This document shows, in pieces, positions 23,737-36,653 of a DNA stretch of 64,000 nucleotides (the stretch's first letter is position 1; every line of letters begins with the position of its first letter). The notes under the pieces were generated by a model that saw only the letters and a list, made by a program, of their open reading frames with translations, did not search any database and was not told the origin of the DNA. Where the stretch lies: positions 31,992,001-32,056,000 of the forward strand of contig NC_087255.1 of assembly GCF_037042905.1 (NCBI RefSeq), written 5' to 3'. The position numbers and the translations under genes are program-made. Source of the stretch: Lytechinus pictus. Its lineage: Eukaryota.

Positions 23737-26700
23737 AATAAGATTATTCGAATAAGCGAAGAAGATAGTTTGCGAGAGAAGACAGGTCTTCTCAAAAAAC
23801 CAATTATTGGCAAGCCATACACGGCCCGCGAAAACAAAGCGCGCCCCTGCGATTCCGCGGGAATTATTGCTCATCCCAGGTCACAGGGATGTCAGGATAA
23901 AATGGATCCCGGGAAAATTAATTCTCAGCGTTTTTATCAACATTATGAATGGCTAGCCGTCCAGATCTCGCTGACGACACGCTGGTGGCACAGCTGCAGA
24001 GTGCAGTGAAGGGATGGACGGATACAACGCTGAATTACCGAACCCCTACAGGGACTTTCTCAGTTAGGCCGGGATCACCATTCTCGTTAGAGGTCTAACG
24101 TTAGATCGACCGCTATTTTGCCACGGTCTATCGGTGAGACTGCAGAGTTGGAATATACATCAGCTTCCACAGGAATAATAAGTACTTTCAGTCAAACGGA
24201 AGCTCTGACCAATGCCGTAAATGAGGATATTTGCCGGAGTTGTTCTCCTATGAGTACAACTAGGCCGATTGTCTTTTGAGGCTGTGCCTGTGATAAAACT
24301 GCCAGCGATGCTTCGAGTTCGATGGAGCTGGATCTAATTGATTGTTGATGCGAATGGAGTGGAGTTAGGGCCCGGACTACAGTGTATATATCTTGACCCG
24401 GTGAGTGTTTGGATCCATGTTTGTACTTGTAGTTGCACATCTTGACCTAGACCTTAAATGAATTTGGCCTGAACCGGCCGCTTTAGTATAGGCTTTAGCT
24501 ATTACTTAACTTGGGGCCCGGAACTCTAACGTTATAACTTGTGATACTACTAGATCTAGGCCTATATCTATTGACCAAATTCAAAGTTCCAACTCAGACT
24601 AAATATGTTCTCTGGGCCTGGATCTATCCCTATAACCCCTTTGGCTTTGGTTCTAGGGCCAACTATGATATACGATATCGATCTAATAGGACCGAACATT
24701 TTTCAATATATTTCTAATGTGGTTGCGGGAATGCAGGATAAATGGAAATTGAAGGACCTAGGCTAGCTTCGACTCGGCTTGGTTTGCGACTGGAGTTGAG
24801 TTGCTCCATGAGTTAAGTTGATTCAATATGACTTTATGAGAGCGTTGGTAAGGGTCGAATCTGAGGGCTTGGCGTCGCGCCCCACTCGGAAAGGCAGCGT
24901 TGAACAGTGGACTGAGTTGAATTATCAAATATTAGGCCTAGGTCAAAACCTATCACAATATGAGTTTTTTGTATTGGATCTAATTAAAGGATCAACATTC
25001 TGTTTCGCCAGCTGAGTCCCGGCTCATGCTACAAAATAAACAAAAAAGAAATAAACGATGCTCCATACACCAAGCTGGATCCCACGATAATTTGAGCCCA
25101 TTGATCAGCTGGCATTTTGTAACCAAATTCCCCAAAATGAACAGGATAGGGGCTATAAATGAAACTGGGGTGGCTGCCTTCGGTGTGAACAGGGATACGA
25201 TAAATATGATGAAATAAACTGCATTCGCCTACCGGTACTAAAACGATATTATTCATTGAGATAGATGGTAGAGGTATAGGTCGATGTACCGTAATCCGTA
25301 TTTTGCTGTCCATTGGGCGTGTGTAATAATAGTTATTTGCTTGGTCAACTTCATCCTGTTCTGGACCTACATGAATTAACTGGCAGCTTAGTTGCTTGAT
25401 GAGGTTGGGGAATGCTAAGATACGTCATTTTTATAGACCTCTATTACCAAATTTTAGTTCGGAAATGTAGTCAATGTATGCCCAGTGTCCGTACCACTTA
25501 TCCCTTCTCGCCGGCCTCGAGTTTATAAGATGGCGTAAAGATAAAACATAACCACAATAAAATATACGTCGATTGTATCATTCCGGGTGAGGAGGGGAAG
25601 TTGAGGGCGTTTGTGCCCCCCCCCCCCCCGAAATGCTCAAAAGAGCCCTGGAAAACCCCATTTATTGCCATGTTAAAGCTTATCCAACGCTGTAGGTTCG
25701 GCCCCTAGTTGTGAAAAGTGAAGGGAACGAGTGCGGGATTCACAAATTCATTGGCATACTTTTTAAAAGGGCGCCTTGGAAAATCCCCTTTTATTGCAAT
25801 TCTGGAGCGAGGCAAGTTAAGGCGATTAGTTGTGGAAAGTATAAGGGAACATGTATGGAATTCCTTGCACACATTCTTGTCACGTTGTGTTGAACAATAC
25901 TCTGCCGGAAGATTTGTTTGTTTTTTACCTCTCCAGGGACGTGGAGTCTGAAGTTAATTGGACAGGGCACAAATGATCAAGCCTAGACCCAGACTGATGT
26001 ACGAGGAGACTTAGCTAAGCTTGACCTGGACTGGTGTACGAAGGGACAGGGCTTAGACTTGGCTTACTATGGTTCACATTGGATGACAGTGGTTGCAAAG
26101 GTTTTCACATTGCAAGATGAGAAATCCGGATTTATTTGAAAATGCCGGATTTATGGTTTAACGTAATGCTCTAAATAGACGAGAGGTTGAGAAATGCAGT
26201 GATCAAGATCCTTAAGTCCAGACTTGAAGAGGAAACATGAATAATCTCGAAGTTGTTGAGAAGTATAACCCTTTCGGAGAAAACTAAAAAACCTTGGAAA
26301 AAAGGGGCATTATGGGAACACCTTCAGTTCGTATCTATTTGCAATTCTGGGCAGCCAGCAAAGTCGGTTGAAGCATCGATAACCAAGAATATAAACAAAA
26401 ACTGTGAGGCATGTCCCTCTGGTGCATTTATGTGCTTATATATGTCTCTTCCTTTAAGACATAACCTCACCTGTTGTAAGAGGCGATCTCATATATGAAG
26501 CCAACTTGAATGTGGGAATGCACGCCTTGATTTTTATGCCCCCATTCAACTTCATTAATCGATGTGGAATGGATATTATTTGTTTCGATTCACACTGGTG
26601 ACCAAAAACGAAAAAAAAAAAAAAAAGAGAGAGAAAAAAAAGAAGAAAACAAAAAAAATCCCGGTTCTTAGCTTGAAGGAAGGCATTCCTACATAAACAT

Positions 26701-28023
26701 TACACATGAGAAAATCATGCAAAATTTCCTAATGCATGATGAAATTGAATGGTCTTATTTAACGGTTATGGAGGCCACAGTTTGTTCACTTGAAAAGAAA
26801 TACACATTTATCAAATAATTGTGGAGATTGATTTTGTATGGCATTTCATCAAACAGTTGAGTTGTACAATAATGATAGAATTACTAGCATGGTTTGGCTA
26901 TACATTAATTTGATATATTCTTTGGCCTCAAATTATTTCATGTTAGAGTCACTTCGATGACCCCCTAATTGACATTAAGTTGAAATTAGTTGAAAGAAGG
27001 GTACTCCTTTTTAAGGTGTGCCAAGACATTTGTTGATTTGTTGTTTCACATTTCCGCAAAAGTGGATCCGAATGTTTTCCAGAGTTTCTTCTCACCGAGT
27101 TTTATCTCTGGTTTTTTACCCTGGACCTACTTGACGTGGAATTGGTTTCAGCTCTCGTTGCATGAGTTATGTTTAGTGCAACGAGGGCTTACACTTGCGA
27201 ACAACATTAACTCGCAGGGGGAATGAAATAAGCAAGGATGCGATGTTGTCAAGCTTGTTAATGGTTTAGAGTGAGAACGTTGGCCAATGTCCAATTGATG
27301 TAGAGATATTTATAACAACTTGGAGGTGTAGACGAAGAGTATGGTATATGATGCGTCCATTCGTTGATCGCATGAGATTGCTTTGTATGGAATAATTTTT
27401 TGATTGTTGACTATCCATTCCGATGGCTGGCATGGTTTATTGATCATTAACTTAGTTGTTGTTGTCCTTGATTATTGAATTGGCTGGGTTGTCGAGCGTG
27501 AAAACTCACTTTTGAACTTATGGCTTGGTTGGGCTTGGTTACAGAATTACCGACTGATTATTATCGGTAGCTTTGACATCAGCTTTCCAGGGGAGGCAAT
27601 GGTTTGATAATTTAAACTAAAGTCGACGGCACCGATGCACGGCCCTCTATTCTACCATTTAGGGTCGCCGCCGAGGAGGCAGAATATGGGACCAAATCCT
27701 ACCTTAGTCATGATATCGGGGGTGCTTTGGAAGAGTGGCCCTTATTTTATCGAGTATTATTATACGATAAAATGCACAAAATAGAATTCTCATACTAGTA
27801 TAATGGCGACATTATTGAAGTACGAGTATAATTACATGACAAAAGAAGATGACGCTCATAGTATATATTTTGGTCCTAGTGCAGAGGACAAGGGAGAGAG
27901 AGCATAATTTATGGGTTTCCGAAACCATGAGTTGCAACCAGGAAACCAGACGCGATGGTTTGGGAGGGATGGCCTTGACATGAAGGGACTCCCAAAATCC
28001 AAAAGTGTTTGCCAAGTGTCACG

Positions 28024-28058
<35 letters not shown>

Positions 28059-31021
28059 ATTATTTGGGGCTTTCGCTTTTTTGTGGGTATTTTTTCTTAT
28101 ATCGGTCAAATTTCAACACCAGGGGGAGGCACTGTATACTAATTATGTCAAGAAAATCGGGACAGGGGAACCCAACTTTCCAAAGTCTCCTGGTTTGGAA
28201 GTCCGGCTGGATGTCTTCCGGCAGGTTCCCCTTCCAAGAATTCACGTTCTGGTCTTGAAGCCTCTCCCCCAATTTTATTTCACACATGAGATAATCTTGT
28301 ATTGAATAGATGATAAATGTAAAGAGGGGAATCCGCACCCCAGGAAATACCTGTCCTGGGATCCCGTTGGATCTCTTCCTTCTGGGAGGTCACGTGACCC
28401 GGTTTCCCCCTTAAAATCTGGTTGATTGTGGCTTGATGAATATTGTTTAGAAACTGTGTACTTGTTAAAATATTGTAAATGTCGTTTGAATGATTCTGGT
28501 AAAATCCCCCAGAGGCAATAAAGTTGAGAAACGGCAATTTCATGTTCGATCTGTATTTATTCTCGCAATAAGATTATTCGAATAAGCGAAGAAGATAGTT
28601 TGCGAGAGAAGACAGGTCTTCTCAAAAAACCAATTATTGGCAAGCCATACACGGCCCGCGAAAACAAAGCGCGCCCCTGCGATTCCGCGGGAATTCTCCA
28701 AGGACACGCCCCCAGCAACATGTCTGTGATTGGCTGGGCATGTCATGGATGGCGCCGTTACACAGCGCCCTTGGTGACAGCCAGGCAACGGCAACGGGGG
28801 CACAGCCTCTACGCTAAAAAGAACCAATGAAATGCATTGAAAGAATTCAGGGACGTGCGCAATACGCGACAGATTTGGAAGCACATGTTCATTCTCAACT
28901 AAGCTCTGGGGGATGCAAGACGTTAATTTGCCCTCCCTCCCGCCCATTTAATAATGGTTGTGAGTGGTTGGTTATAATATTGTCAGGGTCGGAGGGTATT
29001 GTTTCTGCCTCCAAAAATGTGGTACACATGTTATGAAAAAAGATTGGATGATATAATACATGGTTGTTAATAATTCTGTCGTGATTTTTGTTTATACTCA
29101 AATCTGTCAAAGGCGATTGTGCTAATTAATCTAAATGTGGTAATAGCGAATTTTAAAGACGGGGCTCGAGATTGCTCAATGAGCCTGTTTAAGTGCAAGT
29201 TGTGCCGGTTACAGTTGATTGAAATAACCTTATATTTTGGTTGGTTATACTGTTGATAGATAACATGGATTTATTTTGGTTGGTTGGCTGGGCATGTGTT
29301 TGGATAGAATTGCATTGGTTGCATAGGCTTGTATTAGTTGACTGGATGGGCTTGATTGGCTTGTTGGTCGGATAGACTTGCATTGGTTGGTTGGGCGATA
29401 TGTTTGGTTGTTTATTATCATAAGGATCCACGCTCTACAAGCAAGGCTTTTAGTGGATCCCCTCATTTCCAAACAAGTTCTTGTTAATACAATTGCCCAA
29501 ATTTTCATAATTTGTCTATAGTTGATTTGTAATTACAATTGTTGTGTATTTGTGTTTATGCATTTAGTGCATATTTGATTTGTACCGTGATTTTTTATGA
29601 TGTACATGACGGAAGTTCAAAATGAACTCGTTTTTATTCGGTTGGATGTGCTTGCGCTGGTTGGGTGGATGGGCTTGCTATGATTGGTTGGTTGGTTATA
29701 ATGATCATAGGGATTCACGCTCTCCAAGTAGTTATTTTAGTGGATCCCCTCATTTCCAACCAAGCTATTAATGTACAAATTTTAAAATTTTGTCTGTAGT
29801 GGACCGGCAATTACAATTTATATGTATTTGCAAATTGTTTATGCGCACTATGATGCATATTTAATTCGTGTTTGTATTTGGTAATGATGTACAAGATGAA
29901 CTGAAATTTGTTTGGTGGCTTTATATGGTTGGTTGGCTGGGCTTGTTCTGGTTGACTACAATTGCACAAATTTTCATAATTTGCAGTTGATTTGGAATTA
30001 TAATTGATGTGTATTTGTGTTAATGCATTTGATGCATATTGATTGGTACCGTATTTTTTTGTGATGTACATGACGGAAGTTCCAAAGGAACTTGTTTTGT
30101 TTGGTTGGATGGGCTAACATTGGTTGGATTTTTGGGCCTGTTATGATTAGTTGATTGGTTATGATCATATCGATCCACGCTCTATCAGCAGATCCTTTAG
30201 AAAGATCCCCTCAGTTTCAACCAAGCTGATAATACTATTGTACAAATATTGAAATTGTGTCCGTAGTTGACTTGTAATTACAATTGATATGTATTGTCAT
30301 TGTTTATGCATCATATAATTTATAATTGATTTATGTTTGTATGTGGTAATGATGTACAAGGTGAACTTAAACTCGTTTGGCTAGTTAGATTGGCTTTACA
30401 TGGTTGGATGGTTGGATGGGCTTGTTATGGTTGGTTGGTCGGGCTTGTTATGGTTGGTTGGTCGGGCTTGATATGGTTGGTTGGATGGGCTTGTTTTGGC
30501 TGGTAGGATGGGCTTGTTTTGGTGTTTGGCCTGATTACTGAGTATTTTTTCTTATATCGGTCAAATTTCAACACCAGGGGGAGGCACTGTATACTAATTA
30601 TGTCAAGAAAATCGGGACAGGGGAACCCAACTTTCCAAAGTCTCCTGGTTTGGAAGTCCGGCTGGATGTCTTCCGGCAGGTTCCCCTTCCAAGAATTCAC
30701 GTTCTGGTCTTGAAGCCTCTCCCCCAATTTTATTTCACACATGAGATAATCTTGTATTGAATAGATGATAAATGTAAAGAGGGGAATCCGCACCCCAGGA
30801 AATACCTGTCCTGGGATCCCGTTGGATCTCTTCCTTCTGGGAGGTCACGTGACCCGGTTTCCCCCTTAAAATCTGGTTGATTGTGGCTTGATGAATATTG
30901 TTTAGAAACTGTGTACTTGTTAAAATATTGTAAATGTCGTTTGAATGATTCTGGTAAAATCCCCCAGAGGCAATAAAGTTGAGAAACGGCAATTTCATGT
31001 TCGATCTGTATTTATTCTCGC
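23737..31021 (-). mobile_element. TSD-less 7.3-kb composite element A1-X-B1-A2-Y-B2 (Helentron/Helitron2-like head-to-tail dimer; alternatively DIRS/Ngaro-type split repeats)
   Basis: A = 23737-23865 and 28567-28695 (129 bp); B = 28087-28566 and 30542-31021 (480 bp); removal restores the 31-bp array unit; asymmetric IR TTTGCGAGA (23769) / TCTCGCAAA (31016); palindrome TTATTCGAATAA at 23744-23755. Confidence 0.7.
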
Positions 31022-33360
31022 AAAACAAATAATCATTATTTGTAAATAATGAAAAACAAATAATCATTATTTATAAATAATGAAAAACAAATAATCATTA
31101 TTTATAAATAATGGAATGTCGAACTATTATTATTTACAAATAATGAAGTATTACTTGGAATTATATATAAATAATTAGAAATGATATTTTATATAATAGT
31201 AGTTATTTACAAATAAAATGTAAATTATATATAAATAATAGTTATTATTTAATAAATAATGATTATATAACAAATAATTGTTCTATATAATATTGGTACA
31301 TTCGGCGCCTCATAGTAACTGACAATACACATTAACATAATTTACCAGTGCTATATGATTTTCAAAGGCATAATTTTCTTGGTACTTATATGTAAGGCTT
31401 TTTAAAATCATAAAAGTTTCATAATACTTCACATTCTTAATTATCAAAAGATAAGAAATGTATGTTTTACTTACTCGCGGGGTGGGGTTGGTGGGGTCAT
31501 AGCAGCTACATGTTTTCCTATTAGTAATTTAATATTGCATTGACTGTACACATGTATTTTTCTGACTATATACCCATAATATATTCATCAGTTTTATATT
31601 GACTTTTTAAACCTTTTCCTTCTCCAACCTCCCCCTCCCCTCAAAAAAGGCAAAATGAATAAGGGTCTCCTCCCCTAGGCTACACATACCCCTCCCCCGA
31701 ATCTCATGCAGCCATGTAGTTTTATTGATTTCTATTCTGGTCAGTGCAAGCAATGCTTGTTCATATCTGTTGGATTTCAATTCTCATCATAATTTGTTTA
31801 ATCATTTTCTTTGCTAATTTCTTTTTTAAGCTGTCAACAAAAAATAAACTCCAGCTTCTAAACTGAAACTTAACTATTTGTAAATAAAAGAAAAAAAAAC
31901 ACAGTTTTAGTAGATCCATGCAACATTGATCAGAACTGTCAAATTTCACTTTCCATCTATACTTGTAAACCAAAAACAAAATTGTATCACACATCCACAC
32001 TACTAACAGGTATAAAAACCAGGAATTTACTTTTAGCGAGGCAATGCTCAAAAGAATCCTAGAAACTAAAAAAGGGACCCTGGAAATCCCCTTCATCACA
32101 ATGTTAAGCTTTAAAAATGTTGCAGATTTAGGCAATAGGTTGGGAAAAGTACCCCCTACCCCCCCCCCCCCCCCCGAAAACCAAACAAAAAATTGTCTGA
32201 TACAAACAATTAGGTACTTGGTAAGTGCATGTACAAAACAATTTCATAGTAATTTTTTTTTGCACGATGGGAATGCAACTTCCTTCACAATTTCATTAAT
32301 TTCATATAGTATTCCTTGTGAACTATACCTTTTAAAAGTCAATAGCAAGCTCCTTCTGGTGTGACTTTTAAAGTGAAAGACTTAAATAACAAGTATACAA
32401 TATTTCTTCACCATAAAATTGACCACATATTTGCATTTCAATATTGGTAACCAATGTTTTATCATGGTAACTGACATTACATCTCGGTAACTGACATTAC
32501 ATTTTCCACTTGGTAACTGACATTACATATATTTAATGGTACCCTATGGCTTCATTGTTAATTGGTAATCTTTAATTTTGGTGTAGAAGGGAGGGGTGTT
32601 ACCTAGAGAGGAAATCTACCAAGTTTCATATAATATATCCTCTTTTCCAGGAAATGAGAAAAAAAAGTTCATGTTTTCGGTAACTGACATTACATACCAT
32701 ATCACATACTTCATCAATGTTTTTTTATCAGATGAATGAATTACTGGTGTTTCTTTCTGTGGGATTTTAAAGAGTGTTATAATAGCAAGCTAAATCACAG
32801 GCGAAAACATCATGATCAAACCTGTTCTTTTAAAATCTGTCAAAACAAAATATGTATCAATATACTATTTTCAACACTAATTTGTATCCATACTTTGGCA
32901 GCCATTTTGAAACAAAAAATGGCTGCCAGAGTCGGAAAAAAATTTTGTCTCAGAAACTTCAGGCCTTGTTTTATTAAAAAACATAAAGCATTTGACATGA
33001 ATATCAACTTGATTTTTTTGCCTCTGTGTCCATCTGTGGTGAAAATGCCCATGAGCGAAATTTAAATTCGTACAACGATTTGTACAACGTCTATGATTTA
33101 TGCCCTTTGACCATCTGATATCCACAAAACTAATCTGGAGACGATAACACAAAGGTTAGTGATTGATCACATGATTGATTTTCACAATTTATTGTACATT
33201 GTAGTCAAAGTTCTTTGATGATTGCTAAGCTTTGTGTTCAGAGGCCCCAGATCATTATTTTTTCTTTATGATTACATGACAAAAGTTTGAAACTGATCCA
33301 TGAAACAAGTTTTGGTAATACTGAGAAAGGGCCAATTTTCTATACTCAATTACTGTTGTG

Positions 33361-33627
33361 CACTGGTGTACCTAGGATTTTCCAGAAGGGGGGCAAATTT
33401 TTTGGAGGATATTTCATCCGCGGAAAAATTTGACAAGCAAAAAAAAAAAAGGTCTTCAACCAAAAAATAAAAGAATCCTTACCAGAAAAAAAAAATGACA
33501 AGCCCCATAAAAAAAAGGTCCCCTGTATCAGTTGTGACTCGTCAGGGGGGGGGGGGCAGGGATACGTCCTCTGCATGAGTTGTGACTCGTCAGGGGGGTA
33601 GTCTGCCCCCCCTTAGGTACACTAGTG
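33361..33627. mobile_element. hAT-like MITE
   Basis: TIRs CACTGGTGTACCTAGG / CTTAGGTACACTAGTG; 8-bp TSD CTGTTGTG. Confidence 0.8.
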
Positions 33628-35149
33628 CTGTTGTGACCTTTCACTTTGACCTTGTGATCCATAAAGCTAACAAGGGGCCAGTAACACAAAACTTAACAAT
33701 CGTTGAAGAATATCTTTACGATTTATTGCATTGACTACAATGTACAATCAATCGTGAAAATTAAGCGTATGATCAATCGTTAATCTTTGTGTTATGCTCC
33801 CAAAATCATTCTTACTGGGATAGGCATGCACACCAAATGTGACACTGAACAATAACAAATTATTAACTTAATACAAGCTCAAGTCAATTTCAGCTATGTA
33901 ATGACTTCTGTTAATGTCATCTTCCAAACCCTAAGAGGTAAAGACACGATCCCTACACAGATTCGATTTGCCAAATAAATGACATAGTACCTAGAAACGG
34001 TCTCCTAGTTCATGTAGAAAACTCTTTACAGGCAAATGGAGCTTCTTATATGTCCTACCACAAAACCTAGTTTCTTCTGAGCTATTCTCAAAATTTTAAG
34101 ATTTTGAAGGGGCTTTAAATCTCATGATAGAAAAAATGACAGAGTATTTACGTGGGCAGTCGGTGAGATGAACACAGCCACCATCTGGCCCTCTGACGTA
34201 ACCATTAGCATTGTCACACAGACACACTTTGGTTGGACAATCGCTGGCACAGCGAACTCTGGGACCTATATTTTCAGCACATGTCGGTTCCCCACAAGGG
34301 CATCCTTCACGTAACTCCCCTTTGCCGCCACATTGCCTGTCAGCATTATCGTCATCATCATCGTCATCATCCTCGTCATCATCATCATCAGGGTTATCTA
34401 GAAAAAATTATATTCACAGTGAGAACTACACATTGCGACATGGAAAGTGTTTCATGAAACAGTCAGTGATTTTCCCTGACACATTTGCTATGAGGCCAAT
34501 CAGATGCCAGGATTTCAGTAGCCTAAAACAGTTGTCAGTGAAAATAACCATTTGTTTTGTGAAATACTCTCAAGGTAGGAGGACTATATTCTTGTAGATA
34601 ATGTCAACTTTATAAAAGATTCAAGTATATTTATTTGTGTATCATACAACAAAAACCAAACTTGATTAACCCCTTATATTATGCTAAAGTTTGATGAGCC
34701 GGTGGTGTATTATTATAGAGTGGGTAAATGTATATTTAGCTAAATGCATTCATTCACTTAAAGAAGGTGCTTTTCAACCCACACAAAAACAAAATCATTG
34801 TCCAATAAATATTTTACATTATACATGTAAATGCAAGTAAAGATCACACAGCACAGTGAAGCTGTATAAATATTAAAATTCCAAATTTTTCACAGTTTGT
34901 AGTTTTAAGATTATATAATTCCATTCAATTGTAAGCGCTTTGGGCCTAATGGAAAAAAACGCAGTATAAGTAATAATAACAAAGATGACCAAATGGTGAT
35001 AAGAAAATGGTTGTTGTGAGCAGGTGGTCATTATGGACAGGTTCCTGTAATACTATAACAATAGGGATGTTTCTTGAAGGCAAACTACATGTGAATTTGT
35101 GGTCTTATAGACAGGTGCATAGACAAATCAATGACAATTTGCAGACAAT

Positions 35150-35660
35150 CCACTTTAAAAGATACTGAGTAGCCTGGGCTCCTCAATTAGCACCCTTTCC
35201 CCTCTAATATAGACAAAACAATGGCAAATACAGGAAATTAGCTGTAAAAGATGCTGAGTGGAAATCACACTCAGCATATTTTCCTCTTTAATCCTCCCAT
35301 TTCAACATAGACCAAGCAATGGGAGGTGTAGAAAAAGCATGACTGTGAAATGTAGTGAGTGGGCTTCCTCCTGAGTGTCTTTTTCGTTCTTATCCTCCGT
35401 TTTAACAAAGCAATGGGAATGCAGGAAAGCCGATGGGAAAGATATTGAGAAGGAATCCTGCTCAGTATATTTCCCTCTCTGATACTCTTATTTCAACACA
35501 AAAAGGGCAATGTGAAATGCAGGAAAGTCACTGTGAGATATACTATGTGGGCTTCTTACGCAGCATCTTTTTCTCTCTAATCCTCCTATTTAAACATAGA
35601 CCAAGCAATTAGATATGGAGGAAAGGGGGCTATGAAATATGCTGAAAAGGATACTAAGAG
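35150..35660. repeat. Degenerate ~95-100-bp tandem repeat with a stem-loop per unit
   Basis: Recurring AAAGATGCTGAG...CTCAGCATATTTT...AACATAGACCAAGCAATGG; 5-6 units. Confidence 0.65.
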
Positions 35661-35694
35661 GAGATGCGGACGGAACAGACTAAAGGAGCCTTAC

Positions 35695-35865
35695 CTGGTG
35701 GGCATTCCGTTCTGCTGATACATGGACCACCTACTAACTCACGGACAAAGCCATCCTCACAGAAACATCCTATCACACATTGTTCAGTGCAAAAGAGCGG
35801 CTTGTCATCACATGTTTCAGGGCATGCAGTTCCGCACTGATCATAGACCTCATTTGCCTGACATT
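35695..35865 (-). CDS. TIL16 exon (loop CTEQC)
   Basis: 10-Cys TIL pattern; TACAG / GTAAGG; 171 nt, phase 1-1. Confidence 0.9.
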
Positions 35866-36109
35866 CTGTAAAAAAAGATACAGAAACTACCGTCTTTATG
35901 AATCTACAAAATGATATGTCAAACATTTTTTTTTTATATGACAGGTAAAAACAATTTTGAAGTCAATATGATTTATAAGGCACCACGAGCTGGGTGGCAG
36001 AGACATAAAAATAAATATTTTTCATCAAAGGGAAATGAAACAAAGCAAGCAATTTTTACACTAGCATTTTTTGTGTAAATGAATACAACTGATAAAGAGA
36101 TGGTACAAT

Positions 36110-36653
36110 GGTAAATTGCCAATTCGTCTACTGCCAACTCGTCCACTCAGCACATGGTCTACTTTCATTTAGTCTAATGCCATTCCGTCCATCAACATTT
36201 AGTCTAACAACAATTTTGTCTATGACCATTTTGTCTCAAAACCACGGGGCCGTTTCATAAAGCTGTTCGTAAGTTAAGAGCGACTTTAAGAACGACTGGT
36301 GATCCTTTATTGTGGTAAATGGTATATTCATTGGCGATGGTAACGCGCGTAAGAAAGGTTCACCAGTCGTTCTTAAAGTCGCTCTTAACTTATGAACAGC
36401 TTTATGAAACACCCACCAGTTGGTCTAATATCCATTTCATTTTCATTCATTTGGCACAATTAACACTTAGTCCAATAAGACCAAATGGTATATGGACTAG
36501 ATGGCTATTAGATCAACTGATTATTAGAAAAATGTTGAGTTGATGAATTGGCAACTAGACCATGTGGATAGGGAACGAACTGATGGTAGATCAAATGATA
36601 GTAGACAAGTTGGCCATTGGACGAATTGGCATAAGACGAATTGGAAATAAACC
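36110..36653. mobile_element. TIR element with GTCTA/GTCCA subrepeats; carries a nested MITE at about 36247-36413
   Basis: GGTAAATTGCCAATTCGTC ... GACGAATTGGAAATAAACC; related copy starts at 61705. Confidence 0.65.

Larger units (their letters stand above)
19490..31314. mobile_element. Foldback DNA element with about 1.9-kb arms (IS3EU-like termini)
   Basis: Termini TATGAGGCGCCGAATGTACC / GGTACATTCGGCGCCTCATA; 6-bp TSD GTAAAT/GTAACT (1 mismatch); left arm 19490-~21822 inverts onto ~22147-23736 plus 31022-31314. Confidence 0.8.
18874..33050. mobile_element. Outer non-autonomous DNA transposon (Sola2-like), about 2.3 kb of its own sequence, interrupted by nested elements
   Basis: 12-bp TIR GGGCATTTTCAC / GTGAAAATGCCC; 4-bp TSD ATGA; GGTAACTGACATTAC motif repeated on both sides of the nested insertion. 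Confidence 0.75.

Noticed and set aside
28087-31021. LTR retrotransposon with B as LTRs
   Set aside because: No TG...CA ends, TSD, PBS/PPT or gag-pol; it does not explain the duplicated A block
19490-31314. Polinton/Maverick (long TIR, 6-bp TSD, about 12 kb)
   Set aside because: Termini are TATG rather than AG-type, no polymerase, integrase or capsid ORFs, and most of the length is nested insertion
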